A stretch of DNA of 51,137 bases, from contig DATHVO010000078.1 of NCBI GenBank assembly GCA_035461265.1, forward strand, positions 1-51,137, in the 5' to 3' direction. Of the stretch, positions 26,152-34,675 are shown piece by piece. The position numbers and the translations under genes are program-made. The notes beneath the pieces are model-generated. The model ran no database searches and was not told the origin of the DNA. It was given only the letters and a program-made list of their open reading frames with translations. Numbering within the stretch: the first letter of the stretch is position 1; each line of letters begins with the position of its first letter. The stretch is from Longimicrobiales bacterium. Lineage in GTDB: Bacteria > Gemmatimonadota > Gemmatimonadetes > Longimicrobiales > RSA9.

Positions 26152-26295
26152 GCGGAATCCACGTGCCGATTTGCGCCCGCCGACGCACCGTGCGCCACGT
26201 GAACTTCGCCTGCATCCGCGTTCGCCGTCGCGGTTCGCGAACACGGACCCGACAAAAGGGTTGAACACGGAGCGTCGTCCTGTTAGCGTTGTGCC

Positions 26296-26588
26296 GAGCC
26301 CGCAGACGCGGGCGGGGCCGCCGCCGGGAGGCAAGGCCGAACGGCTGCGGACCGCGGGACATGAGGGCCCGCTGGTGACCATGCCTGATGTTGCCCTTAA
26401 CGAAGGAGGTGATCCCTTGGCCAGTTCGAGTTCTTTCCGTAACCCGACACGGGCAAGCGATCGCCTGATCGGCGCCTAGCCGAACAGCCGACGACAGTCC
26501 GCCATACGACAGGTGCCGATCGCAGGCATCGCGTCGGGTTGCGGAAACTCAGGAGCGCCGCCGGGAACCCGGCGGCGCTCTTTGTTGT
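26296..26588 (+). ncRNA. Candidate structured leader RNA or sRNA upstream of a lytic transglycosylase (class unassigned; weak ydaO/c-di-AMP-riboswitch-like motifs)
   Basis: A possible promoter (TTGAAC-17-TAGCGT, 26261..26289) and a strong terminator at the 3' end. Locally lower GC and no credible ORF. ttgccc (26391-96) can pair with gggcaa (26451-56), enclosing GGUGAUCCC and AACCCGACA. Confidence 0.35.
26553..26588 (+). terminator. Rho-independent terminator
   Basis: gagcgccgccgg-gaac-ccggcggcgctc is a 12-bp GC stem, followed by tttgttgt. It lies 114 nt upstream of the transglycosylase ATG. Confidence 0.7.
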
Positions 26589-26701
26589 ATGTCATTCATC
26601 CGCAACAACTTCGCCCGACCCGACCGGACGTCGGGACAGCTTGGTGGAGCGGGACGCCGGCGCGGCCGGGGACCATCGACATGTGCAGCAGAGGAGGAGC
26701 G

Positions 26702-27706
26702 ATGACGCGACTGCCCGGGGGAGCGACGAGACTGGCACTGGCCCTCGGTGGGCTCGGCCTGCTGGGCGCGTCCGCCGTGCTGCGCACGCCGGCCGGACAC
26801 GTGGAGCCTTCAGCTCGTGCCACATCGGCGGTCCAGGCGGATGCCGGCACGGTCACGTTCGGCGCGCTGCCCGCGACGGGTGCCGGGCTCGGCCCCGACT
26901 GGGACCTCCCGAACCTGGACCATCCCCGCATCGACTACTGGGTGGACCGCTTCCAGAACGTGCCGGAGATGCGTGAGAAGTTCGAGGGTTTCCTGGAGCG
27001 GGGGGCGGAGTGGGCGCCGATGATCCTCGAGCGGCTGGAGTCGAGGGGCATGCCCCTGGACCTGCTCTACCTGGCGATGATCGAGTCGGGATTCAACCCC
27101 GTGGCGACGTCGCATGCCAGTGCGGTGGGCATCTGGCAGTTCATGGCGCCGACGGGTCGCCAGTACGGTCTGGCCATGGACAGGGCCGTGGACGAGCGCC
27201 GCGACCCCATCCGGGCCACCGATGCCGCACTCGACTATCTGGAGCAGCTGCACCGCCGCTTCGGCTCGTGGTACCTCGCCTCCGCCGCCTACAACACCGG
27301 CCAGGGCAGGCTGAGCCGGATCATGCGGCAGCAGTTCGGTCGGGAGCGCGCCCGTGGCGAGGAGGACTATTACCGCATCCTGGATCGCCTGCCGGCAGAG
27401 ACGCGGGACTACGTTCCCCTGATGATTGCCGCGGCCCGCATCACGAAGGACCCGGCCGCCTACGGCTTCGCACCGATGCAGCTCAGGCCGCGAGAGTGGG
27501 ACGAACTCACGGTACCGCCTGCCACGCCGCTGGACCGCCTCGCCGAGCGGGTCGGTGCCAGTCTGGCCGAGATCCGGGAGCTCAACCCCCATCTCCTCCT
27601 GGACCGTACGCCCAACAACCGGGCCTATCCCGTCCGCCTGCCCGCCGGCAGTCTCGTGCACCTCGCCGGGACCGGGATCGCCAGCGACGAGACCCTCGCG
27701 GAATGA
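26702..27706 (+). CDS. Membrane-bound lytic murein transglycosylase (MltD-like SLT domain)
   Basis: YLAMIESGFNPVATSHASAVGIWQFMAPTG...AAYNTGQGR. Start at MTRLPGG is preceded by AGGAGG. Signal peptide present. Confidence 0.85.
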   Translation: MTRLPGGATRLALALGGLGLLGASAVLRTPAGHVEPSARATSAVQADAGTVTFGALPATGAGLGPDWDLPNLDHPRIDYWVDRFQNVPEMREKFEGFLERGAEWAPMILERLESRGMPLDLLYLAMIESGFNPVATSHASAVGIWQFMAPTGRQYGLAMDRAVDERRDPIRATDAALDYLEQLHRRFGSWYLASAAYNTGQGRLSRIMRQQFGRERARGEEDYYRILDRLPAETRDYVPLMIAAARITKDPAAYGFAPMQLRPREWDELTVPPATPLDRLAERVGASLAEIRELNPHLLLDRTPNNRAYPVRLPAGSLVHLAGTGIASDETLAE

Positions 27707-27730
27707 CTGGAAGGGGGCGGGAGCGGCAGC

Positions 27731-27802
27731 GTTCCCGCTCCCGTTCCCGTTCCCGTTCCCGTTCCCGCTCCCGTTCCCGTTCCCGTTCCCGTTCCCGTCC
27801 CG
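27731..27802. repeat. Hexanucleotide microsatellite (GTTCCC)n: 11 full units plus 1 degenerate unit
   Basis: Read directly. Two GCTCCC variants lie 30 bp apart, giving a 30-bp higher-order repeat. The minus strand reads (GGGAAC)n. The array is intergenic, 46-117 bp upstream of the acyl-CoA dehydrogenase ATG. Confidence 0.95.
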
Positions 27803-27847
27803 TATGTTGTCCGCAGCATCGACGACCCATCCACACCGGAGCACACC

Positions 27848-29020
27848 ATGTCCGTCGCCCTGCCCGACGTCACCCGCTCGCCACTGACGCTGCTCACCGA
27901 GGAAGAGCAGATGTTCCGTGACATGGTCCGCGAGTTCGCCGAGTCCAATGTTGCGCCCCTCGTCCACGACATGGACCGCGATGCGCAGATGGATTCCGGC
28001 CTGATCCCGCAGCTCTTCGAGCTGGGCCTCATGGGGATCGAGATTCCGGAGGAACTGGGCGGCACGGCGTCGAACTTCTTCACCGCGGTCCTGATCGTCG
28101 AGGAGCTGTCGCGCGTGGACCCGAGCGTCGGCGTGCTCGTGGATGTCCAGAACACTCTGGTGAACAACTGCCTCCTGCGGTACGGGAACGACGGCGTGCG
28201 TGGATCCTTCCTGCCCCGGCTCGCGGCGGATACCGTGGGCGCGTACGCGCTGTCGGAGGCGGGATCAGGCTCGGATGCGTTCGCCCTTCAGACACGCGCC
28301 ACCCCGGTGGATGGCGGCGGCTGGCGCCTGGACGGCCGCAAGCTCTGGATCACGAACGGCGCCGAGGCCGGCATCTTCATCGTCTTCGCGAACGTGAATC
28401 CGGAGGAGGGCTACCGCGGCATCACGGCGTTCATCGTGGAGACCGGGATGTCCGGCTTCACTGTCGGGAAGAAGGAGGACAAGCTCGGCATCCGCGCGTC
28501 ATCCACGGTGGAGCTCATAATGGACGACTGCCGGGTACCCGACGAGAACGTGCTGGGCGACGTGGGCAAGGGATACAAGATCGCCATTGAGACTCTCAAC
28601 GAGGGTCGGATCGGCATTGGCGCCCAGATGGTGGGCCTCGCGCAGGGCGCACTGGACCACACGACGCGCTACGTGCAGGAACGCGAACAGTTCGGGCGGC
28701 GGATCGCCGATTTCCAGGGCGTCCAGTTCCAGCTCGCCCAGATGCGCACGGAACTCGAGGCCATCCGCCTCATGGTCTACAACGCGGCGCGGTTGAAGGA
28801 CGCCGGCCAGCCGTTCATCATCGAGGCGGCCATGGCCAAGCTCCACTCCTCGCAGGTGGCGCAGTCCATCGCGTCCACATGCATCGACCTTTACGGCGGT
28901 TACGGCTTCACGCGGGAATACCCCGTGGAGAAGCTCTACAGGGACGCGAAGGTGGGCAGCATCTACGAGGGTACGAGCAACATGCAGCTGCAGACCATCG
29001 CCAAGCTGATGATGTCGTGA
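27848..29020 (+). CDS. Acyl-CoA dehydrogenase (short/branched-chain type)
   Basis: Typical ACAD length and motifs (YALSEAGSGSDAF, WITNG, GGYGFTREYPVEKLYRDAKVGSIYEGTSNMQ). Confidence 0.95.
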   Translation: MSVALPDVTRSPLTLLTEEEQMFRDMVREFAESNVAPLVHDMDRDAQMDSGLIPQLFELGLMGIEIPEELGGTASNFFTAVLIVEELSRVDPSVGVLVDVQNTLVNNCLLRYGNDGVRGSFLPRLAADTVGAYALSEAGSGSDAFALQTRATPVDGGGWRLDGRKLWITNGAEAGIFIVFANVNPEEGYRGITAFIVETGMSGFTVGKKEDKLGIRASSTVELIMDDCRVPDENVLGDVGKGYKIAIETLNEGRIGIGAQMVGLAQGALDHTTRYVQEREQFGRRIADFQGVQFQLAQMRTELEAIRLMVYNAARLKDAGQPFIIEAAMAKLHSSQVAQSIASTCIDLYGGYGFTREYPVEKLYRDAKVGSIYEGTSNMQLQTIAKLMMS

Positions 29021-29316
29021 CGGGCGGACTCACACCGCGCCAGCGGGCCCACCTGAAATCGCTGGCGCACCCGCTGAAGCCGATCCTGCACATTGGCAAG
29101 GACGGCATCACGGACGCCGTAGCCCGCACCGTCGAGGACGCCTTCCACACCCGCGAGCTGCTGAAGGTCAAGGTGCTGGAGTCGTCTCCCGCCCCCGCTC
29201 GGGAGGTGGGCGAGTCGCTGGCGGCGGCCCTGGGCGGTGTGCGCCTCGTGCAGGTCATCGGTCGCACCGTCGTGCTGTACCGCCGGCACCCGGACCGGCC
29301 GGATATCCGTTTGTGA
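29017..29316 (+). CDS. yhbY: YhbY-like CRM-domain RNA-binding protein
   Basis: LTPRQRAHLKSLAHPLKPILHIGKDGITDAV...LLKVKVL...IGRTVVLYR. The GTG start forms a GTGA overlap with the ACAD stop. Confidence 0.8.
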   Translation: MTGGLTPRQRAHLKSLAHPLKPILHIGKDGITDAVARTVEDAFHTRELLKVKVLESSPAPAREVGESLAAALGGVRLVQVIGRTVVLYRRHPDRPDIRL

Positions 29317-29321
29317 CGGAT

Positions 29322-29507
29322 GGGGGACAGGCCCCCGATTCCCGTTGCGGCCTCCCAGGAAATGATTCTGCCACATCGGGTGAGGTTCGTGTCCCGCGGC
29401 GGTTCTTCCGGGATCGGGTGTCAGGCACCGGCTCCGCAAGATCGCCCCTCCCCAGGGGCGCTCCCATGGCCGGAGCGGCCGTGCCGCGAATCGGGCGCCT
29501 GTCCCCC
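29322..29507 (+). repeat. MITE/REP-like intergenic element, copy 1 (186 bp, 20-bp terminal inverted repeats)
   Basis: The ends GGGGGACAGGCCCCCGATTC and GAATCGGGCGCCTGTCCCCC match as inverted repeats at 19 of 20 positions. It shares a 31-nt and a 20-nt identical terminus with the copy at 43824..44010, which is inverted. It starts 5 nt after the yhbY stop. Confidence 0.75.
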
Positions 29508-29588
29508 GTAGTGGTTCCCCCCTTGCATCATGCCGCCTGCGGGCCTGCGGGGCGTACCAGCGGGCGCCCCTTATACTGATTCGATCCC

Positions 29589-32369
29589 ATGAATGATTCG
29601 CGCGCGGCGACGCCGGACGGACGGACGGCGGGCGCCGTCCCGACCTGGCACGCCCTTCCTGTCGATGAGGTCCTCGATCTACTCGACACCGACGGCGAAG
29701 ACGGCCTCGCCGCGGCGGAGGCGACCCGCCGTCTCGAAGAGCACGGCCCGAACCGCCTTCCGGAAGAGCGGCCGGAGAGCACCTTCAGGCGACTGCTGAA
29801 GCAGTTCCACAATGTCCTGATCTACATCCTCATCGCCGCTGCGGGCTTCACGGCCTTCCTCGGCGAGTGGATCGACACGGGCGTGATCATCGCGGTCGTT
29901 CTGGTCAATGCCCTCATCGGCTTCGTGCAGGAGGGCAAGGCCGAACGCGCGCTGGACGAGATCCGGCGTATGCTCTCCCTCGATGCGCGAGTGGTCCGTG
30001 GTTCACGGCGCCGGACAGTGGATGCCGGGGATCTTGTGCCCGGCGACATCGTGCTGCTCGACGGCGGCGACCGGGTTCCGGCTGACCTCCGCGTGATCAA
30101 GGCGCGGGATGTCCGGGTGGAGGAGGCGGCACTGACGGGGGAATCGCAGCCGGTGTCGAAGGCGCCCGCAGGTGCGGACGCCGATGCGCTGCTGGGCGAC
30201 CGTACATCCATGGTCTATTCGGGCACGATGATCACGGCCGGCCACCTGCGCGGGGTGGTGGTGGCGACGGGCGAGGCCACCGAGCTGGGCCGCATCGGCG
30301 AGATGGTCGCCCGCGTCGAGAGGATGGACACCCCGCTGCTCCGGAAGATCGACCGGTTCGGCCGGGTCCTGTCCGCCGCCATCGTGGTGCTCGGCGCACT
30401 GCTGTTCTTCCTCGGCTGGCTTCTCCGCGGTTTCCAGGTCGGGGAGATGTTCCTCGTCGTCGTGAGCTTCGCCGTGGCGGCCATCCCGGAGGGTCTGCCG
30501 GCGATCCTCACCATCACGCTGGCCCTGGGGGTCCGGCGGATGAGCCGCCGCAACGCGATCATTCGTCGTCTGCCCGCGGTGGAGACACTGGGTTCCGTCA
30601 CCACGATCTGCTCGGACAAGACAGGCACACTAACGCGCAGCGAGCTCATGGTCGGACGCGTGCTGCTGGATGGCCGGTCCCTGCACGTCACCGGCTCGGG
30701 TTACGAGCCGGGCGGCGAAGTCCGTGACGGCGACACGCCGATGTCCGACCAGCCGGAGGAATTGACCGAGCTCGTACGGGCCGCCGTCCTGTGCAACGAC
30801 GCCGAGCTCGATGACGATGATGCCGATGTCCGCATCGTTGGCGACCCGACGGACGCGGCGCTGCTCGTCCTGGCCCGCAAGGCGGGACACGACCCGGCTG
30901 CGGTGCGCAGCTCCCACGAACGACTCGACGCCATCCCGTTCGAGTCAGCGAACCGGTTCATGGCAACGCTGCACGCAGACGAATCCGGCGACATCTGGAT
31001 CCAGGTGAAGGGCGCGCCCGAGAGCATTCTCGAGGCCTGCACGGCTGTGTCGTCGTCGGACGCCGGCGAATCCGCCGTGGACGATGATGAATGGGCCAGG
31101 CGCATCGATGCCGTGGCCGACGAAGGCTATCGGATGCTCGCACTGGCAGTGCGGCGGGGGGAAAACGGCCAGTCGCGGATCGATGCTGACGACGTCCGGG
31201 ACCTCACGCTCCTGGGCGCGGTGGGTCTCATGGATCCGCCGCGGGAGGAGGCCGTCGAGGCTGTCGCCCGCTGTCAGGGTGCCGGAATCCGGGTCGTGAT
31301 GATCACGGGCGATCATGCGCTCACGGCCCGCAGCATCGGCGCCCGCCTCGGCATCGGTGACGGGACGAGTGCCCTGACCGGCCGGGATGTGGAAGACGCG
31401 GACGACGAAGCGCTCGGGGAGATGGTGGCGGACAACGACGTCATCGCCCGCGCCAGCCCCGAGCACAAGCTCCGGCTGGTACGCGCGCTCCAGGCGGCGG
31501 GCGAGGTGGTGGCCATGACGGGTGATGGCGTGAACGATGCCCCGGCGCTGAAGCAGGCCGACATCGGGATCGCCATGGGGATCAAGGGGACGGAGGCTGC
31601 GAAGGGCGCGTCGGAGATGGTCCTCGCCGACGACAACTTCGCGTCCATCGAGTACGCCGTCGAGCAAGGTCGCACGGTCTACGACAACCTCCGGAAGACG
31701 ATCCTCTTCATTCTGCCGACCAACGGGGCTGAGGCCCTCATGGTGGTTGCCGCGGTGGCCTTCGCCCTGCCGGCCATGCCCATCACCCCGGTGCAGATCC
31801 TCTGGGTGAACATGGTCACGGCAGTGACGCTCGCCCTCGCCCTGGCGTTCGAGCCGACGGAGCCGAACATCATGGAGCGGCCGCCCCGCCCCCCGGGCGA
31901 GCCCATCCTCTACGGCCACCTGCTCGGCCGCATCGGATACGTGTCGGCGCTGGTGGCCGCCGCGTGCCTCGCGCTGTTCCTCCTGGAGATCCGGGCGGGC
32001 GTGGACGTGGAGCGGGCCCGCACCGTCGCCGTGAATGCGCTGGTCACGGCGGAGGCCTTCTACCTGTTCAACTGCCGATTCATCTGGCGATCGTCCATGG
32101 GGCTCCGCTCCATCCGGGGCAACCGCGCAGTCCTCGTCGCAGTGGGCAGCCTCGTCGCGCTCCAGATCGCGTTCACGTATGTGCCCGTCGTCCAGACCTG
32201 GTTCGGCACGGCACCCATTTCGGCGTCGGACTGGCTCTGGTGCCTGGTCCTCGGCGCGACCGTGTTCAGCATTGTCGAGGCGGAGAAGGCTGTGGGCCGC
32301 CGGCGGCTCCGGCGGGCGCGGTCGCGCCGGCGTCCCCTGTCCGACGGCTCTTCCGGCGGCCTATCTTGA
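29589..32369 (+). CDS. Cation-transporting P-type ATPase (type II, Ca2+/Mg2+-like)
   Basis: CSDKTGTLT, MITGDH, TGDGVNDAPALKQADIGIAMG, with ten-TM architecture. Confidence 0.95.
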   Translation: MNDSRAATPDGRTAGAVPTWHALPVDEVLDLLDTDGEDGLAAAEATRRLEEHGPNRLPEERPESTFRRLLKQFHNVLIYILIAAAGFTAFLGEWIDTGVIIAVVLVNALIGFVQEGKAERALDEIRRMLSLDARVVRGSRRRTVDAGDLVPGDIVLLDGGDRVPADLRVIKARDVRVEEAALTGESQPVSKAPAGADADALLGDRTSMVYSGTMITAGHLRGVVVATGEATELGRIGEMVARVERMDTPLLRKIDRFGRVLSAAIVVLGALLFFLGWLLRGFQVGEMFLVVVSFAVAAIPEGLPAILTITLALGVRRMSRRNAIIRRLPAVETLGSVTTICSDKTGTLTRSELMVGRVLLDGRSLHVTGSGYEPGGEVRDGDTPMSDQPEELTELVRAAVLCNDAELDDDDADVRIVGDPTDAALLVLARKAGHDPAAVRSSHERLDAIPFESANRFMATLHADESGDIWIQVKGAPESILEACTAVSSSDAGESAVDDDEWARRIDAVADEGYRMLALAVRRGENGQSRIDADDVRDLTLLGAVGLMDPPREEAVEAVARCQGAGIRVVMITGDHALTARSIGARLGIGDGTSALTGRDVEDADDEALGEMVADNDVIARASPEHKLRLVRALQAAGEVVAMTGDGVNDAPALKQADIGIAMGIKGTEAAKGASEMVLADDNFASIEYAVEQGRTVYDNLRKTILFILPTNGAEALMVVAAVAFALPAMPITPVQILWVNMVTAVTLALALAFEPTEPNIMERPPRPPGEPILYGHLLGRIGYVSALVAAACLALFLLEIRAGVDVERARTVAVNALVTAEAFYLFNCRFIWRSSMGLRSIRGNRAVLVAVGSLVALQIAFTYVPVVQTWFGTAPISASDWLWCLVLGATVFSIVEAEKAVGRRRLRRARSRRRPLSDGSSGGLS

Positions 32370-32450
32370 GTCCGACCCGGCGGACCGTTTCCTGCCGGTG
32401 CCGTGCAGGCAGAGGGTAGTGGCCGGGGAGTCCAGAGTGGAGGAGGCGTT

Positions 32451-34319
32451 ATGGCGACGCAGGAGACGGCGGGGGTGCGAACGGCCTCCGTTGCCGTGGA
32501 TGAGCACGAGGCACGGCAGGTAGCTGAAGCGGCGCGGGAGAGCGAGTGGAGCAGGCCCAGCTTCGTCCGGGAGCTGTTCCTCGGTCGGCTGAACCTCGAC
32601 CTGATTCACCCCCCGCCGACGCAGGACCCCGCGGAGAAGGAACGGGCCGCGGCGTTCCATCGCCGGCTGTACGAGTTCGCGCGGACCATCGACGGCGAGG
32701 CCATCGAGCGGACGGGGCGGGTCCCCGACGAAGTCGTGGACGGCCTGCGCGCGCTGGGCGCCTTCGGCATCAAGATCCCGGAGGAATACGGCGGGCTCGG
32801 CCTCTCCCAGCGGAGCTACAACACTGCCATATCCATCATCGGCTCGGCGGCGTCCGCCCTGGGTGTGCTCCTGTCCGCGCACCAGTCCATCGGCCTGCCG
32901 CAGCCGCTCAAGATGTTCGGCACGCCGGAGCAGAAGAAGAAGTGGCTTCCGCGCCTCGCCCGTGGCGACATCTCCGCCTTCGCCCTGACGGAGCCCGATG
33001 TCGGATCGGACCCGGCCCGGATGGCCGCCACGGCGGAGCCGACGGAGGACGGCGCGGCGTACATCCTGAACGGCGAGAAGCTGTGGTGCACGAACGCGCC
33101 CATCGCCAGTGTCATGGTGGTCATGGCGAGGACGCCGCCGCGGCCGGGCAGCAACCGGCGCGGGATCACCGCGTTCATCGTGGAGTCGGACTGGGAAGGC
33201 GTCGAGAACGTCCACCGTCTCGAGTTCATGGGCTTGAAGGGCATCGAGAACGGCGTGGTCCGGTTCACGAACGTCCGGGTGCCCCGTGAGAACATCATCT
33301 GGGGCGAGGGCAAGGGTCTCAAGCTGGCGCTCACGACGCTGAACACGGGCCGGCTCACCATCCCGGCGACGTCGGCGGCCAGCGCGAAGTGGTGCGTGAA
33401 GGTGGCGCGCGAATTCGCTGCGGAGCGGGAGCAGTGGGGTGCGCCGGTCGGGAAGCACGACGCGGTGGCCCAGATGCTCGGGCGGATGGCGGCGACGACC
33501 TTCGCCATGGAGGCCATCAACGACATCGCCGCCGGCCTGGCTGACGCCGGTACGTCCGACATCCGGCTGGAGGCCGCCATCGCGAAGATGTTCAACAGCG
33601 AGGGCGCGTGGCGTGTGGTAGACGACTGCATGCAGATCCGGGGCGGGCGCGGCTACGAGACGTCGGCCTCGCTGGAATCCCGGGGTGAGGCGCCCATCCC
33701 GGTGGAGAGGCAGATGCGTGACCTGCGGATCAACCTCATCTTCGAGGGGTCCAGCGAGATCATGCGCCTCTTCATCGCGCGGGAGGCCGTGGATCCGCAC
33801 CTGCAGAGCGCCGGCGCGATGATGGATCCGAAGGCGGGCCGCGGCGACAAGCTCAAGGGCCTGGCCGGTCTGGGCGTGCACATGACGCGGTGGGTACCCG
33901 GGCTGCTCGTGGGAAAGGGGCGCGTGCCCGGCACGTACGGCGAGTTCGGCCGCCTCGCCCGTCACGTCCGCTTCGTGGAGCGGGCATCGCGCAAGCTCGC
34001 CCGCACGCTGTTCATGGCCATGACGCGGTACGGGCCGCGCCTCGAGAAGCGGCAGTCCGTGCTGTTCCGCCTGGTCGACGTCGGCGCGGAGCTGTTCGCC
34101 ATGTCCTGCGCGTGCGTCTACGCGCACCAGCTCATGCAACGGGACCCGGGCAACCGGGGCCCCGGGCGGATGGCGGACCTGTTCTGCCGTCATTCCCGTC
34201 GTCGCGTGAAGCAGCTCTTCCGGGACGTATGGGGCCCCGATGACGCCGTGACGTATCGCGTCGCGCAGGAGGTCCTGGAGGGCCGCCACGCCTGGATGGA
34301 CCCTGATCTGCTGGTCTAG
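32451..34319 (+). CDS. Long acyl-CoA dehydrogenase family protein (FadE-like with a C-terminal extension)
   Basis: ACAD core (FALTEPDVGSDPA, WCTNA, RGGRGYE) plus a C-terminal helical domain of about 150 aa. The ATG at 32451 is preceded by GGAGGAGG. Confidence 0.9.
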   Translation: MATQETAGVRTASVAVDEHEARQVAEAARESEWSRPSFVRELFLGRLNLDLIHPPPTQDPAEKERAAAFHRRLYEFARTIDGEAIERTGRVPDEVVDGLRALGAFGIKIPEEYGGLGLSQRSYNTAISIIGSAASALGVLLSAHQSIGLPQPLKMFGTPEQKKKWLPRLARGDISAFALTEPDVGSDPARMAATAEPTEDGAAYILNGEKLWCTNAPIASVMVVMARTPPRPGSNRRGITAFIVESDWEGVENVHRLEFMGLKGIENGVVRFTNVRVPRENIIWGEGKGLKLALTTLNTGRLTIPATSAASAKWCVKVAREFAAEREQWGAPVGKHDAVAQMLGRMAATTFAMEAINDIAAGLADAGTSDIRLEAAIAKMFNSEGAWRVVDDCMQIRGGRGYETSASLESRGEAPIPVERQMRDLRINLIFEGSSEIMRLFIAREAVDPHLQSAGAMMDPKAGRGDKLKGLAGLGVHMTRWVPGLLVGKGRVPGTYGEFGRLARHVRFVERASRKLARTLFMAMTRYGPRLEKRQSVLFRLVDVGAELFAMSCACVYAHQLMQRDPGNRGPGRMADLFCRHSRRRVKQLFRDVWGPDDAVTYRVAQEVLEGRHAWMDPDLLV

Positions 34320-34338
34320 GCGCCGGGGCGGGTGGCCG

Positions 34339-34545
34339 CTACGAGAGCACCTCGCGGTCGCCCGCCGCCACTTCCCGGACCCAGAGCTGATAATCGATGG
34401 CGGCTGCCAGCGCCGCCTCGATGCTCCTCACGACGTCCCCCTCCGCCACCTCGCGGAGCGCCCGCTCCACGAGGCCGGGGTCGAGGTGGAACGTGTAGGC
34501 CTGCCGATCGGGGCCGCGGCCCCCGCCCGACCCGGTCTGCGACAT
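34339..34545 (-). CDS. Small VapB/ribbon-helix-helix-like protein (orphan)
   Basis: YTFHLDPGLVERALREVAEGDVVRSIEAALAAAIDY resembles antitoxin-type RHH/VapB modules. There is no adjacent toxin gene. Confidence 0.35.
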   Translation of the reverse strand: MSQTGSGGGRGPDRQAYTFHLDPGLVERALREVAEGDVVRSIEAALAAAIDYQLWVREVAAGDREVLS

Positions 34546-34675
34546 CGATCCCTCCGCGCGTTGTGTGGGAGACTCGCAGCCACACGGTGCCGGCTCTCGT
34601 TGGGCGATGCCATGCGCAGCCGGGCCGATTCCCCGAACTTGCCCCTGACCGCAGGTTAGCAGGATATTCAGCGCC

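Noticed and set aside
26059-26300. A possible glycine riboswitch upstream of gcvH.
   Set aside because: The reverse complement shows none of the conserved glycine-riboswitch blocks (CUCUGGAGAG, ACCGAAGGGGCAA). Instead a TTGACG-17-TATTCT promoter leaves only a leader of about 60 nt.
26057-26479. A 140-aa plus-strand ORF in the gcvH/transglycosylase intergenic region.
   Set aside because: Its composition is Arg/Pro-rich and non-protein-like. It has no RBS, and it overlaps the gcvH promoter and the candidate RNA.
26100-26700. tmRNA, RNase P RNA or SRP RNA in the large intergenic gap.
   Set aside because: None of the hallmark motifs is present: no GAGGAAAGUCCGGGC / ACAGAACCCGGCUUA (RNase P), no tRNA-like GGUUCGAnUCC...CCA end or ...LAA tag ORF (tmRNA), and no SRP domain IV motif.
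27731-27802. A CRISPR array or telomere-like terminal repeat.
   Set aside because: The units are 6 bp with no spacers, and there are no cas genes. The array is internal to a normal gene neighbourhood, so it is a microsatellite.
27582-27967. ORFs translating the hexamer array as (GNGNGS)n, (PFPFPL)n or (RSRSRE)n repeat proteins.
   Set aside because: The repeat is intergenic, lying between a gene with a clear stop at 27706 and an RBS-preceded start at 27848. The ORFs that carry it are shadow frames of the neighbouring genes.
29322-29507. Small ORFs across the repeated elements (peptides such as GNRGPVP and ESGACPP, seen in several frames and at both loci).
   Set aside because: The shared peptides arise only from the conserved inverted-repeat termini read in different frames and strands. 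The interiors are not conserved at protein level.
34339-34545. A type II toxin-antitoxin system.
   Set aside because: Only an RHH/VapB-like small ORF is present. No PIN, RelE or other toxin ORF is adjacent on either side, so I report it only as an orphan RHH candidate.
34546-34675. A CIRCE or other heat-shock operator upstream of the GroES-like gene.
   Set aside because: Only a partial TTAGCA is present, without the inverted GAGTGCTAA half. A sigma70-like TTGCCC-17/18-GATATT is possible, but too weak to annotate.
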